Assembly (NCBI RefSeq): GCF_018350175.1
Contig: NC_058383.1
Span: 1,798,001-1,862,000 of the forward strand
Direction: 5' to 3'
DNA length: 64,000 nucleotides
Source of the DNA: Felis catus
Taxonomy: Eukaryota
Shown here: piece after piece, positions 37,192 to 49,800 of the stretch
Position numbering within the stretch: position 1 is the stretch's first letter
Layout: every line of letters starts with the position of its first letter
The notes under the pieces: model-generated
Seen by the model: the letters and a program-made list of their open reading frames with translations, nothing else
What the model was told of the DNA's origin: nothing
Database searches by the model: none
Translations under genes and position numbers: made by a program

Positions 37192-40100
37192 CTGCGGGAC
37201 CAACAATACACGTTAACATCAGCCATTGCCCGGAGGGGACCTCATTCTGTGAGTCCCAGACCTGGGACAGCTCAAGCCCCGCACACCATCCCCGGGCCAG
37301 TGTGGTGGGGGCACTGCACACGCACCCCAGCCTGGGTTCAAACCACAGCCCGCCACTGGCCACGTAACATCAGGTGAATTACTTTTATTTGACAGGATTT
37401 TAGTTCATCCGTAAAAAGCGATCAATAGCCAGCCGACAGCGTCACCGTGCAGAGGAGGAGAGATGAGGTGCAGGGGTGCTCGACATGGGTCAGCATGCCC
37501 TCCTCCTCTCCCTCCTCCCTCCAACCAGCAACAGTAAGAGACACCCACAGTCTGTGCTTTGTCACGTTCAAGCTGCTCAGCCTGGCCGTGTGGGTTCCCC
37601 TTCAGGACAGCCCTGCTGCTGCCCCGTCCCCCATGCAGACGAGGAAGCGGGTCCAGGGCATTAAAAGTGCCCCAGGGTGCAATGGTCTTTGAGCAGTGCT
37701 GGACCTCAATCTGGCTCCTGGTAACTCAACACCGTAACTCAGAACACGCGCCAACGTCTCCGAGAGAATGAAAACACCCAGCTCAGTGGGAACGTTCCAG
37801 AATCAGCACAAAGCACACAAGCTGGGGGCTCCCTGGCCTGCAGGTGGCGGGTGAGCTCAAGGCCGACGGACCGAGCACAAGGCCAGGCAGCACGTGCGAG
37901 ACAGTACGGCCTCTTCTGTCACCAAAGGAGCCACGGGGACTGTGACCAAAGCTACACCCACAGGACTCGCCCTCCGCAGAATCAGAGTCCGTCACAAAGC
38001 TGTGGGAGCGGCTATTGGTCACCGTGGCGCCCGAAGGCCCTCTTCCTGTCCTCTTACGGCACTACGGTACCAGGCTCCCAGAAACACCCCACTACCGGGC
38101 CAGGCCCGGGGACTCTGCCACCCACAGCCTTGCCTCTGGACACGAACCCGCCAACCCACTGCCCCCAGACTCCGCGGCAGGTCACCCTGGCTCACAGTGC
38201 TCCTCCTCAAGCCGTATCAGGACAACCGGCACCTCCCGGAAGAGGGCCGCTCCCCATCCCACCTGCCGCGCTCGGCGTGCATGCGCGGGGCCTCTCGGGG
38301 CCTCTTGGGGTCCGCCGTGACGAGAAAATGAGCTCCCAGCACCGGCGCCCGGCAGCCGTCCACGCGGAAGCCCTGCGCAGCCCAGTCCTCACACCCCTGG
38401 GCCTCTGTAGGCCACACGGCTCCCGCAGGTGCCCCCCGGCTCTCCCACCCTCAGTCACCCTCGCAGACGCCCCCCCCACCCTGAGATGAAGCCCCTCCCT
38501 GGGCCTGGGGGAACCCCTGCGCTCCTCCCCACGAGAGGATTTAAGGGACCTCACGCAAGACCGTCACCCAGGAGGGGGAGCCTGTGCCGGCCTTGGATGT
38601 CAGCTCCCACTCTTCTGGGAGCTTCTTCAAGCTCTACGACCTTGGGACTTAAAGACACTGGCACAGAAAGAAGGAAACCTTTTCAAGCCAGGAGGGATTT
38701 CTTTCTGAAACATCCTACAGAGACGCTCAAGCGGTCGTTCCTCTATGTTACTCCGTCGAAGGGGTGTGCGGACCGTTACCAGAGCCGCAGGCCAGGTTTA
38801 CTGAAAACAAATCCACAAAAGACCCCGGCCCCCAGCCCGCTGCCGGCCTCGTCTTCCGCTCAGGCCCGTGCAGAGGACCGTCGGCAGAGGGCCACCCAGT
38901 CTCTCGGGGATCTCGGCGGCGGAGGCGGCAGCCCTCTCTCCCGGAGGGCGGGTGGCCTGCGGCTCCCTCCCGCCAGAGCCTTCCGGGAATCTGGAGCCCA
39001 GGCGGCAGGGTCGGGAGCACCTGACAACAATTTGGAAACCAGCTTTGGGCCCTGGGGCCGGAACCCGCCCCCACAGAGCTGGCGGTAGAGCCGGCGGAGA
39101 GCCCAGAGCCACTCTCACCGGGCTCTCCGGCCTCCTTCCAAGCGAAGATAATGGAAACGAGCCAGTTTAATGATGAGGGGAACACCGCAACGGCTCAGAA
39201 GAGGAGGAAAGTGACCTTAACAAGCCGTCCCTCTGAGATGCTCCATCCCACTGACGGCGGGCACCCGCGTCCCCTGGGACCCAGGCCAGTGTGCACGGGC
39301 CGCCCACACACGCGCGCGCACGTGTACACACCGGCCGCACCCAGGAGGCCGGGGTCTCTGCCCCCTCCGCTCGACACTCACACGGAGGCCATCAGGCGGC
39401 CAAGTACTGCCAGACTTCTGGGCGGCCATCCGGGTCCTGGCCCCACCAACGAAGCAAGCAGCAAACCTGCTTTCCCTCCCCTCCCCCAGAGAACACCGGG
39501 CCTGCCGACGTGGCCCCCTTCGCCAGAGGCGGGGGACGTGGGCGGCCGAGGTCGCCCGAGCCCTCGCTGCCCCTCCCGGAGCAGGTGGGTCGTCCCCGCA
39601 CAAGCCACAGGCACGAGGATCTGGCTCACACGCCCGTGGCGGACTCTCTGCCGGGCTGGTCCCTGGCCACAGCCCCGGCCCCCGAATCCCAGGTGCCACC
39701 ATTGAGAGCAGAAGCAGGGATGTGGGCTGCAGGGCCTGCCTCCCCCACGTGCCCCACTGCACAAGACTAGAACGCGTGCACGATGCCCACACCCGCCCCA
39801 GCCTCACGCCACCACCAGACAGCCTTTCCCTCGGTGGCCTGCGACTCTGGCTGCAACGAGACCCAGGGCCCTTCTGGTCACTCCCACCAGCACTAAAAAC
39901 CCAAAGCACAGAAAACTCTTGGCCACGCTCCAGAATCTCCCACCGACCTCAGCGACAGCGAGAAGGCAGGACATCTTCGAGGAAAGAGAGCGGGTTCAGT
40001 CACGGTCCAGACAACCGCAGGCTGACGCGCCAGCGTGACAGGGCTCCTCGGGCCTATCTCCAAAGCCCCGAGCCCCAGGCATGGTGCAGTGCGAGCGCCC

Positions 40101-40934
40101 GACAACCCTCGCGCAGCCATCAACCGCACGGGAGCAGGGAGAGACGGGAACCTGGACAACCGTCTCCTGAGGTGCACCAGCCAACCCACTTAACGCCGTG
40201 TGGGAACAAGGACAAGGCATGGGTGACAATGACGGTGAAGTTGTCACACCTTGTTACATAACCGAGGAACATAAAGTCCAACGTGAAATAAGTGATCGGT
40301 ACGTTAAACCGCATGGAGTCCTGCAGACCCTCAGGTCTGCAGCTGATCAAAAAAAAAAACACGTTCTGCTGGAGGACCACCGTGTATGAGCTTTAGTTAG
40401 AAATGGCGCATGGAGGGCAATGGTTCCGGAATGTTCCGCACAAGAAAAAGGAGAGACAGAGAGGTGGGTTTTGCAACAAGTGGACGCTCTAAACCCAGAA
40501 GGCTGAGGCAGGGGCAGGGGTCCTGGCTACAGGTGACCTCTCAGGAAGCTGCCCCAGCACTCGGCTTGCTGTGAAAACACGCCCTAAGAAAGGACGTGGG
40601 TAGATCAGGCACCGAGGGACTTGAACTGACCAGTCCCCTGGGGCACAGCTGAAGGCGTTCGGGAGGCACCTGGGGGCAGAAGAGACAACAGCAAGAGTGA
40701 ACTCGCTCATCCCCAGGTCTCCGTCAACCGGGACAGCTTCCCTGTCTGGTGTGTGGCTCCCGTGACCTGGCCGTGCAGCCCCCACTACCCCAAGGAGGGT
40801 CGGGCCGTTGGACAAGGTAAGAAACATAACCAAGAGGGGAGTCCCCACCCGCCAACCCAGAAGTGCTCTTCAGGGAATACGTGTCAAGGAAGCAACGGTG
40901 CGTGCCTACATAGGTGGGGTGGCAGTCTGTCCTC

Positions 40935-41470
40935 CTGTGGTAAAATACTCCTAACGCGACATTTACCCTCTTAAGCACCTTTAAGCATCCAGCGCGGGGC
41001 ATCAAGGGCCTTCACCTGCAGAACTTTCTCATCTTCCCAAACTGAAACCGGGTCCTCGTCGAACGCCCCTCCACACCCGTCCCCAACCCCGGGCGCCCCC
41101 GCCTACTGTGTCTGTGGACTGGACGTGAGGGGGGCCACGCGGTCCTTCTGTGGCTGACGTCACTGAGCACCGCGTCGGAAAGGCTCACCCATCTTCTGGG
41201 TCAGAGTGTCCTTCCCCCCTGAGGCTGCACAATACTCCAGCGTGTGGACGGACCCTGCCTTGTCTCTCCATCACCATCTCCCCATCAGCTGTCGCGGGCG
41301 CGGCTGTGAACACGGGCGCACAGCTATGTGTTCGAGTCTGTGCTTCTGACTCCTGGCTACATACACACAAGTGGGGTAGCTGGATCATTCCATCCTTGGT
41401 GTTCTGAGGAACCGCCATACTGCTTTCCACAGCGGCTGCCCGGCGCACATTCCCCACGTCACCGTCTTTC
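40935..41470 (-). mobile_element. Old LINE-1 3' end (L1MB-like)
   Basis: tggtaaaatac...atttaccctcttaagc, cagaactttctcatcttcccaaactgaaac, tgaggaaccgccatactgctttccacagcggctgc. The ORF 41185-41493 peptide HSCAPVFTAA resembles the L1 ORF2 C-terminus. Confidence 0.8.
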
Positions 41471-42320
41471 ACATTAAAAAAAAAAAGGCTCAATAATGGA
41501 CAATAAGTAGGTTCTCACATGGGTGCTGTCTACTCATGAGACTTGCTGCTGGGCCAGGAGGGGGCAGGCGGTTGCCACAGCGGCACAGGGCACGGGGAGA
41601 ACACGGGGGGCGCACTCACTGGACAGGACAACGGGACACGCAGGGTTCCGCAGGTGGGGGCACCATAATGGGGTGGGTCATCTGGAATGGGAACAACGGT
41701 CCACATCATCCAGAGTCACTCCAGTCCACACACATCCACCTCTCAAACCATGGAATCAAAACCCCTGGAGATGGGCCCAGGACCTACAGACGAGTTCCCG
41801 TGTTTCCTACGCACAACTCAGAACCCTGGCCATTTGCAGAAAAATGGGGGCAATCCAAGCAGCAAAACTATCCCACGGACGCTGCAGGGCAAATCACCAA
41901 AAAGGTTATGCCCTCAAGAAAACCACCCACCGGACATGTGACAAAACATTCTCTGAGACTCTGTCCACTTGACAGACAACTACTAGACTCGGTAATTAGG
42001 TCCAAATCAAAAAGAAGAATCCCAGAAGACAAGGCCATGAACTACCACAGCCCTCGTTTTATGACGGGGGCGCAGAGGCACAAAACAGTGAGGCTGCGTG
42101 CCCACGTCACACAACCCGCAACCGCCGGGGCTGGGGGCACACCTAGGCTGGTTTCGTACAACAGGGCACACTCAACGCCACGAAAACAGTAAGGAGAGGT
42201 GACAGGAACAAGATTCTGAAAAGCTAACATATGTGGATCTTTTGACACCAAAAAATACACACACTGAGAAAAGCAAAACCAGAAAGTAAGATCAACGAGA
42301 TGAAAAACGCATCTGTGTGT

Positions 42321-42538
42321 GGGGTGCCCAGGTGGCTCAGTCAGTCGAGCGTCCGACTTCGGCCCAGGCCATGATCTCACGGTCCGTGAGTTCTAGCCCC
42401 GCAGCGGGCTCTGCTGACAGCTCGGAGCCTGGAGCCTGCTTCGGATCTTGTGTCTCCCCATCTCTCTGTCCCTCCCCAACTCATACTCTGTCTCTCTCTC
42501 TCTCTCTCAAAAATAAATATTTTTACAAAAATTTTTTG
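42321..42538 (+). mobile_element. Can-SINE, SINEC_Fc type
   Basis: GGGGTGCCCAGGTGGCTCAGTCAGTCGAGCGTCCGACTTCGG..., (CT)n, AATAAA. TSD acgcatctgtgtg (42307-42319) / acacatctgtatg (42539-42551). Confidence 0.94.
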
Positions 42539-45500
42539 ACACATCTGTATGAAAAAAAGAACAGGGAAAAAATAGAAAATGTTCAAGAACAAGCAAGACC
42601 CCAAACACGGCAGCAGAACTCTGCTCTCTTCACTCTTGGAAAAGTTTCTATGCCGTGAGAATATGTTTCAACAAGTTTTTTTAGACCTCTACGTCCAAGC
42701 TGTGGACACGGGGGCCACAGTGGCCAGCGCTGACCAGGTGAGACCGCACAGGTGCCGAACGAGGGTCCTCAGCCCTCCCAGCCCGGCGGCCCAAGCAAGG
42801 AGACCACTGCGGGGACACGGGGACCCACACTCACCGCGGCGTCCTGACTGCTCAGAGAGGCAGGGCGCGGGAAGCTCCTCGGGCCTCCCAGGCTTCATAG
42901 TGCAGGTCAGCAGCCCCGAGGGCTGGCCCTGCACAGCGTGTGGGGGCCCAACCTGCCATTCAGAGGCCCAGGCCCCTCTCTCCAGCGGCCTGACCGATCG
43001 CAGCGGAGGAGGCAGACGCGTGCGCCTGAGCATACAGTGCGTCATAGGTCGGGTCTGTGGGTGCTTGTCCGGCCAGGCTCTCCAAGTCACACGGGCCTGG
43101 GGAATGACCACAGAGGAAAGAAGGCAGCCTGTGTGCCGTCAGGGAGAGGCGGCCGCAGGCGGTACACGCCAGGCGAGGACGAGGCCCGGAGGACGGTGAT
43201 GCGGATCCCTGGGACTCGAGCAGGGCGCTTGTTCATTGAGACCTTAGGGACCCCCTGGCCCGAGGGCAGGGCCCAAGCCCCATCCTCCAGAAGCACCCCG
43301 TCTTCCACCCAAAGGGCAGGTAAGTCCGGCAAGTGCTCGGGACACTCCAGGACAGGGTCCCTAAAACCACACCGACAACTTCACAAGTCCAGGCTCAGAA
43401 AATACGCCAACGACACGTGCGTGTACCTCCAGACCACACCCTGCAAAGACTCACCTCCGGCGGATAGCAGATGTCGGCAGGCACCGGAGGGCCAGGGCCG
43501 GGATCAGCGGTGGCAATCGAAGGGATCTTTAACTTCCTGCACCTCATGTGAATTTCTTACGACAAGAATTTGGGTGTGACGCGTCCAAGTACAAAAACAA
43601 CTAACACCACCCTGCCACACAGGGCACTACATGCAAAGAGCCGCTGGAAACGCCCAGCTGGAGAAGCAGGGGGGTGACAGATGGGGCTCACCCACGTACG
43701 CTCGACACAGCATGAGCCAGGGCGCCGGGACACAGGGAGAAGGGCATCTGGAGGAGGCGCAGGGGGACAAGGCAGGAGAAGCCCCGGGATCCGGGGATCC
43801 AAGAGCCACACCTGCACCACCAGCCACCTGTCATGAGCGGCCCGGCTGCTGAGGAGCCGCGGAATCGGCCAGAGCACCTCCACCCGGCAGAACAAGCATT
43901 TACCTTCCGGAAACCTCCTGGCCTGCTGTGTGGCCAGAGCTGCTCGGAGATGTTTGCCAAGGGTGTTCTGGGGCTTAGCTGAACGCTCGCGGTGAGCGGG
44001 ACTAGGCCCAGGGGTCAGCCCAGCCCAAGACTTCCTGTGCACACACCAAAAGGTGGACGGCCTTCAGAGGGTCGGAGGACCCTCCACTCAGAGAGGACAG
44101 GAGAGTGACAGTCTGCAGCCCGAGCCGTGACAGCTGCTGCTGACGGCCCTGACTGGTGGGCTTTCAGGGAGGAAGGCGTCTCTTTGCTCACAGTGCAGCT
44201 GAACGTCGGCTCGCACTCAGCTGTGCGTCTGGCATGGCGGGGGCCGGGGGCGTGGGGGGGGTCACCGCACTGGTGGCACTCAAGGAAAGGCGGTCCGGCC
44301 CGGCAGCAGCCGCTCCGAGGCTCGCGCCAGCAGGTGCCAGGGCCCCTGTTGAAGCCCAAAGTGCCAGTTTCAACGGGTCTAAGAGACGTGAGACGCAGAG
44401 GAGTCGAACTCCCAAAATGAAGGAAGCCTCCAGCTCTGTCCTAGGAAGCTACTCTCCCCAAGAACAAAGCCCCAGGCTGGGGGTGGGCTTCGGTGGGGGC
44501 ACGCGACACCAAGGGGACGAGCCCCCCATACAAAGTACGCAAAACCGGGAATGGAAAATACTGCACAGCAAAACTCGGCTTAAACCCAAAAGGAGGACAG
44601 ACGCTGACAACTGCAAAGTCACAGGGGCAGTGGGATGTCCCGTTAAATCAGGTTTTTCTTGATAACATGGCACAGGAATGTGGGGAGGTGGTGCTGGGGT
44701 CGGGGGCATCAGGTCACCAAGCTCTGAGTTGGGACAAAAGCTGGTATTCGTCCCAGGATGGGGAGAAGCAGCTACTGTTTTCCCGAAGAAAAGGATGAAT
44801 TCTGTATCCTGGACGTGGACCAGGTTCTGATAGTGTCACCATCAGTGCCTGTCCCTGCTGTACCCAGCCCTGTGGCCACTGAGCTGGAGGTCAGACGCTC
44901 CAGAGCCAGTGACCACTGACGGTCCCGAGACCACAGGCACCCACAAAGGTCACCTCTCTTGCCCCTACATGACACGTTGGCCATGTGGCGGGCCACGGCC
45001 GTCAGTACAACTTCTAAAGCTGCCCGTTTCCGAGATAAACAGAGAAAAGTCACTCTTTCCCCCACGGACAGTGGGCCGGCCAGTGACCGAGACAGTCTGT
45101 GGCTCCAGCTGCCTGCCACTCTCTGGCCCCACGCAGGCACCCAAAGGCCCACAGGGCAGCCCGGAAGCCAGCAGATCCCCGAACCACTGCAGGTACCCCC
45201 AAAGTCAACGAAGCCCGCACGCTGTAACAGACCGACCTCCCCACCGCCACACCGCCCGACCAACTACTGCCCCTCAGCGGCCCTCCGCGTGGGCCCCCAC
45301 CACCCATGCAGGTCTGCAGGCGGCTGCTCAGGTGCCCGTCCGTCCCCCCTCTGCTGGAGCCCCGGCCCCCCTTCCTCACCATTCTCTGCTCGGTGTCCAG
45401 CGCACGGTCCCTGGGTTCCGCACCGAGCGACAGCCCCTCAGGGCTTCCCCGCACTCTCCCGGGACAGCCCAGTCCTCCTCGGGCTCCTTGCCAGCCCTTC

Positions 45501-46439
45501 CCCGCTGGGCGCCTCCTGCCCCGGCCAGAAACCCACCTCTTACGTTCCCTCCCCGCCTTGCCCCAGGCTGGACCCCCCAACATGAGGCTCTGGGTCCTGC
45601 ATTCTGGGGTTGCCCACCTGCCTCCTGGACAGCTCCATGCCGGAGGGCACCTGCCTGCTCCTCCAACCACACTCCTCTTGTCTTCTCTGTTTCTGGAAAC
45701 CGAACGGGCCGGGCCAGCCGCCAGGACAAGCCTGTAGTCCCTGGGGCCGCGTCCAGGCCACTTGCCCCCACTGCTACAGCGTCAGCACAGACCCGGACAC
45801 GGCTGCTCACACGGGCTCTGCCGCGACCGTCGGGTGGCCTCCTGGTCCAGCCCCTGGGTCCTGTACTGGCCTCTGAGCATCAGCTTGCAACTCAGCAACC
45901 ACAGCCAGTCCTTTAGAGTGTGAGTCAGGTCCCACGCCTCTTGTCCAACTCGGCAGTGCCTCCACGACGCCAAGGAGACGCCAAAGTCGCCACCGGAGCT
46001 TACGAGGCCTGGCGCAGCCTGGCCTCCCAGGCACCCACCTCGGGGCCTTTGCACGTCCCGCTTCTGGAAGACTCTCTTCAAAGGTGTCTGTGCGGTACAC
46101 CCCTCATCAGCTCTTTCGGGTCTCTGCTCAAATGTCCCCAAGGCCTCCTCCGGGTCCACCCCCACCACCCTGTTCTGAACTGTAGCGCCGGCCCGCCCCA
46201 GCCTCTGTCCCGTGGCCCCACACCCACTCCTTCACAGAGCACCTCAGTGAGATGTGCCAGGTCTCACCCACTTCCTTACTTGTCCCTCTGCTTCGACCGG
46301 AATGCAAGCCCAGGCGAGCCAGATGCTGTTTGCTTTCTCCCACTGGCCATGAACTAGAACAGCACCCGGCACGGAAGCAGGTTCGCAGTCAGGAGCGGTT
46401 AAATGAACACGAGACCACGCCACCTTTGCAGAACGGTAA

Positions 46440-46855
46440 CTGTCCAACCAAAATGTGCCCAACCAGAGCCGGAACTCAGACCACTGGCTTACCAGTCAAA
46501 CACGTCACGGCCCACCCATACGCTGGAGTCCGTTCAAAATAAAGAGAAGAGCAGACTCCGTGTATGTGTTCACACAGGGAGGTCTGGAAAATGCAGGACT
46601 AGATAAAAATATGAGCGGCAGAACGTGAGTACTATGCACCTTTTGTGGGAAAGAAATACGACACGTGCACACAGAGCTGTGCTGGTCTGTATTTGCCGAA
46701 GAATGTCCAGAAGGACAAACAGGACAAAAGCAGCGGCTTCCTGTAGGACAGGACGAAAACCGGGCAGGAGACCTAGCGCCACCTACCTCTTGCATAAGTT
46801 TTAGTAATCACGCCCAGGAAATACAATAGCTACTCAGAAAACAATTTTGAAAACT
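46440..46855 (+). mobile_element. Very old LINE-1 3' end (L1ME-like), highly degraded
   Basis: gcagaacgtgagtactatgcaccttttgtgggaaag...gaagaatgtccagaaggacaaacagg...cagcggcttcctg follows the general layout of L1ME 3' ends. Confidence 0.5.
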
Positions 46856-49800
46856 TAGCACTGTAAACGAACGCTGCGGAATTCGACGGAACACAAACGT
46901 CTTCTCAAAAGGAAAGCCTTATCCCGTAAGTTAGTTAGTGCATAAAAATCTAACTGCAGCCATTTATAACCGAACGACCGCGCATCCTGCGTCGGGAGCG
47001 TTCGCCACATATGATGGCACGATCTGCTCTCCAAGGGAGGCTCTCCGAGTGCTGGCGGAAGGCTTCCTAGCTGGGAGGCCAGGACGGCGGACTGATCCCG
47101 ATCGTTGGCTGACGTGAGGAGCCCAGTGCTTTCCCCTCGCACATCTCAAACGTCCTCACGGAAACCGTGACGCGTACGTGGTCATCCCTACGCGGCAAAC
47201 TTCTTCCCCCGCGGCTGCACTGACTGGAGTCTCACCTCATATTGTTTACGCAAACCCCGGATCGGAATCCACGCTTCTGGCTTTGCGTCTTGCAAACGGA
47301 CACGTGCGGTCTGCCTGAATTTTACCACCCTTCCTCTCAATCTTGCAGTCAGCTCACTATGTTCAATGGCAAACTTTGGGCAGTTTCCCTCGGAGACTCT
47401 CCAAAGCCCTCAGCTTTGCGTTCACGGGGACACTGTTCCCTTACCACTCAGTTTTCATCAGTCTCCGTGACGCCGAAGAAGTTACGTGGCTACGGCAACA
47501 CGTGCACAGGACGGAGACGGGCACTTCTCGGGCGGGGCCGCAGCACCTCGCGTGGGCAAGGCTCGGGACGGCCGGCAAGTTCCGCAAAGACGCAAGGTGC
47601 CAGGGCTGGCTCCGCGGCGGGGGCGGCGACGAGTCCTCAGAGGAACCGTTGTTCTTCGTGACTTAAGGGTAGAGACAGTGCCGCACATGCTCCTTAAAGA
47701 CGTGCTTTTTTCTGTGTATAATACGTGTCGTGTGTTTAAACACCAGCCGGCGGCCCAAGCACCCGCCGTGCTGCAGGAGGGTTTCAGGCTGTTTCAGGCA
47801 CAGACAGGAGCAAGGCAAACCCATTAGATGAGAGAATCCGAGTCCACAGAGCCACACGGAGGGCGGAGGGAGGAAGGGAAGGAATGAGGGGTGTGGGGAA
47901 CCAGGTGCCCTGCTGGGTAGCGACCCCGCCCTCGAGGAGGGCAATGACATGCTGGGGGTCAGGTCAGGACCGGTGGGTAACAGGCCGTGGCTTGCTGACG
48001 GAACGTGAGTCCACGGGTCCATGTTCAAGAACAAGCCTGGGGCTAGAATTCCAGCCACTGCAGCCCACCTCCAATCGGCGAAGCCTGCAGCGTGAGCCCT
48101 CCGAGTTTCCCCGCCTCGGTCAGGCCTGTCGGGGGAGCGAGGCCCCTCTTTAAGTGACTCTGGCACAACTACGGGCTCCCCGCATGTGGACTCCCCACGT
48201 GGACAGCTGCAAGGCGAGCAAACTCCTGGCCGTGGTCAGCAGCGGGCACCAGACACTGCGGTCCACCGGCCAAGCCGGCGTACCTGCTTCGGGGAAACGA
48301 GTTACACGGGTCCCCTGACACGTGTAAATAAAACGAAGAACTTTCAAACTTACACTTGCTGCCTTCAAATTCCTTCCCCCAGCTCAGGCAGGATTAAAAG
48401 GACTTCAAAGCAGCCCGGGTCCCAATTAAGCCGGTGTGACCACCCCAGGGATGCTAGAATATTCTTCACACTAACAAGAGGTACTCTTTGAACTGTCTGA
48501 GCTAAAAAAAAAGCTCTCAGAAGCTTTCAAACAAATGCCACAATTTTCTCTCCCTGTTCCCTGGCTCTTGGGAAAAGTTGATCTTTTGAACGCTTTAAAC
48601 ATTCAAAAAGGCAGCTTCACAGGGCCCCAAAGACCACTTCAGCCAGGGGCTCGGAACAAGGGCAGCCAGTGGGGGGCTCGGCCCGGCTGGACACAAGCGG
48701 CCACGTCCACCCCGTAAGCGAGCACAGCCAGCAGATCCGCGGGCGGGGAGGACGGGCCTCATCTTGTACACCACACCCAAATGTTCCTCCCAGCACCAGG
48801 AAGGCCCACCTGGGAGGCCGGGCTGGGATCTGGGGGGGACCGCAGCTCACAGGCGAGGTCTGCTTCCACGGACAGGGGGCACCCCGGCCCCACAAGCGGG
48901 AGGACACGGCAGGTGGGAACAGCGTGAGCCATCGGGGATGTCACGTTCGCATCCGCAAGCACGCCGTCACTCGGACGCGCTTCCGACGCCACTTCCGACG
49001 ATCTACTCCAGGGCCGTGGCCCTCCCTGTTCAAGCATTAGAAAACCCTGGACGATAAAATCAGCACCCCCCGACCCTCGGCCCACCCAGCCTGCCTGCGA
49101 GGATTCCTTTCAGCAGAGGCAGTGGGTAGACGGCAGGACAAAGGACAGAGGGCAAGTCAGGTGGCTACTTGGGAACAACCAAAGGCAGCGCAGGAACAGA
49201 GGACGTCGGAAACGAGGATGCTGAGGCAACAGCCGGAACGAGAGAGACGCTGAGAACGTGCTGAGCAGCACCCGAGAGGGGGTGTCAGAACCAGGCAGAA
49301 GCCGCAGGCATGGTGGAGGCCCGGGCAGCGGGCTCGGGGGGAGCTCCAGCGGGCTGTGCAGCCCCAGGCAGGTTACGGTCCCTTTGTGAACCGGGTCTAC
49401 ACTTCCTCCGGTGAGGAAGGGCCCCGGGGAACGGGACCTCTCCTCCTGATCTAGGATTCTGTTTGCAAAAACAACGGTGCCCAGCGGACCGGGTCGCGGT
49501 GATGACAGGAGCCACGTGGGGGACAAGCCCGGCAAAGCGAGGTCGCCAGACCAAGGGTGCACACGAGCGCTGGGTCCCTGAGGCACAAACCCAGGAGGGG
49601 GCTCCGGGAGGGTCAGGGCACACCGCACATGCTCGGGGCTCGGGGTCCGGACGTGCGGCCCCATGGCGAGTTACACGAGTTCCCCGAGGCGCCAGGTTTT
49701 ATTCTCAGTGTGATACAAGCCACTGGAGGCTCGGAGCAGGACAGCGACACGGTCCCGTTCGTCGGCGTGCAGAACAAGCGGACCTTGCTGTCTGCAGCAA

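Noticed and set aside
44909..45916. 335-aa ORF, and similar 200-310 aa ORFs elsewhere
   Set aside because: Same low-complexity GC-driven composition, with no homology I can recognise and no exon structure.
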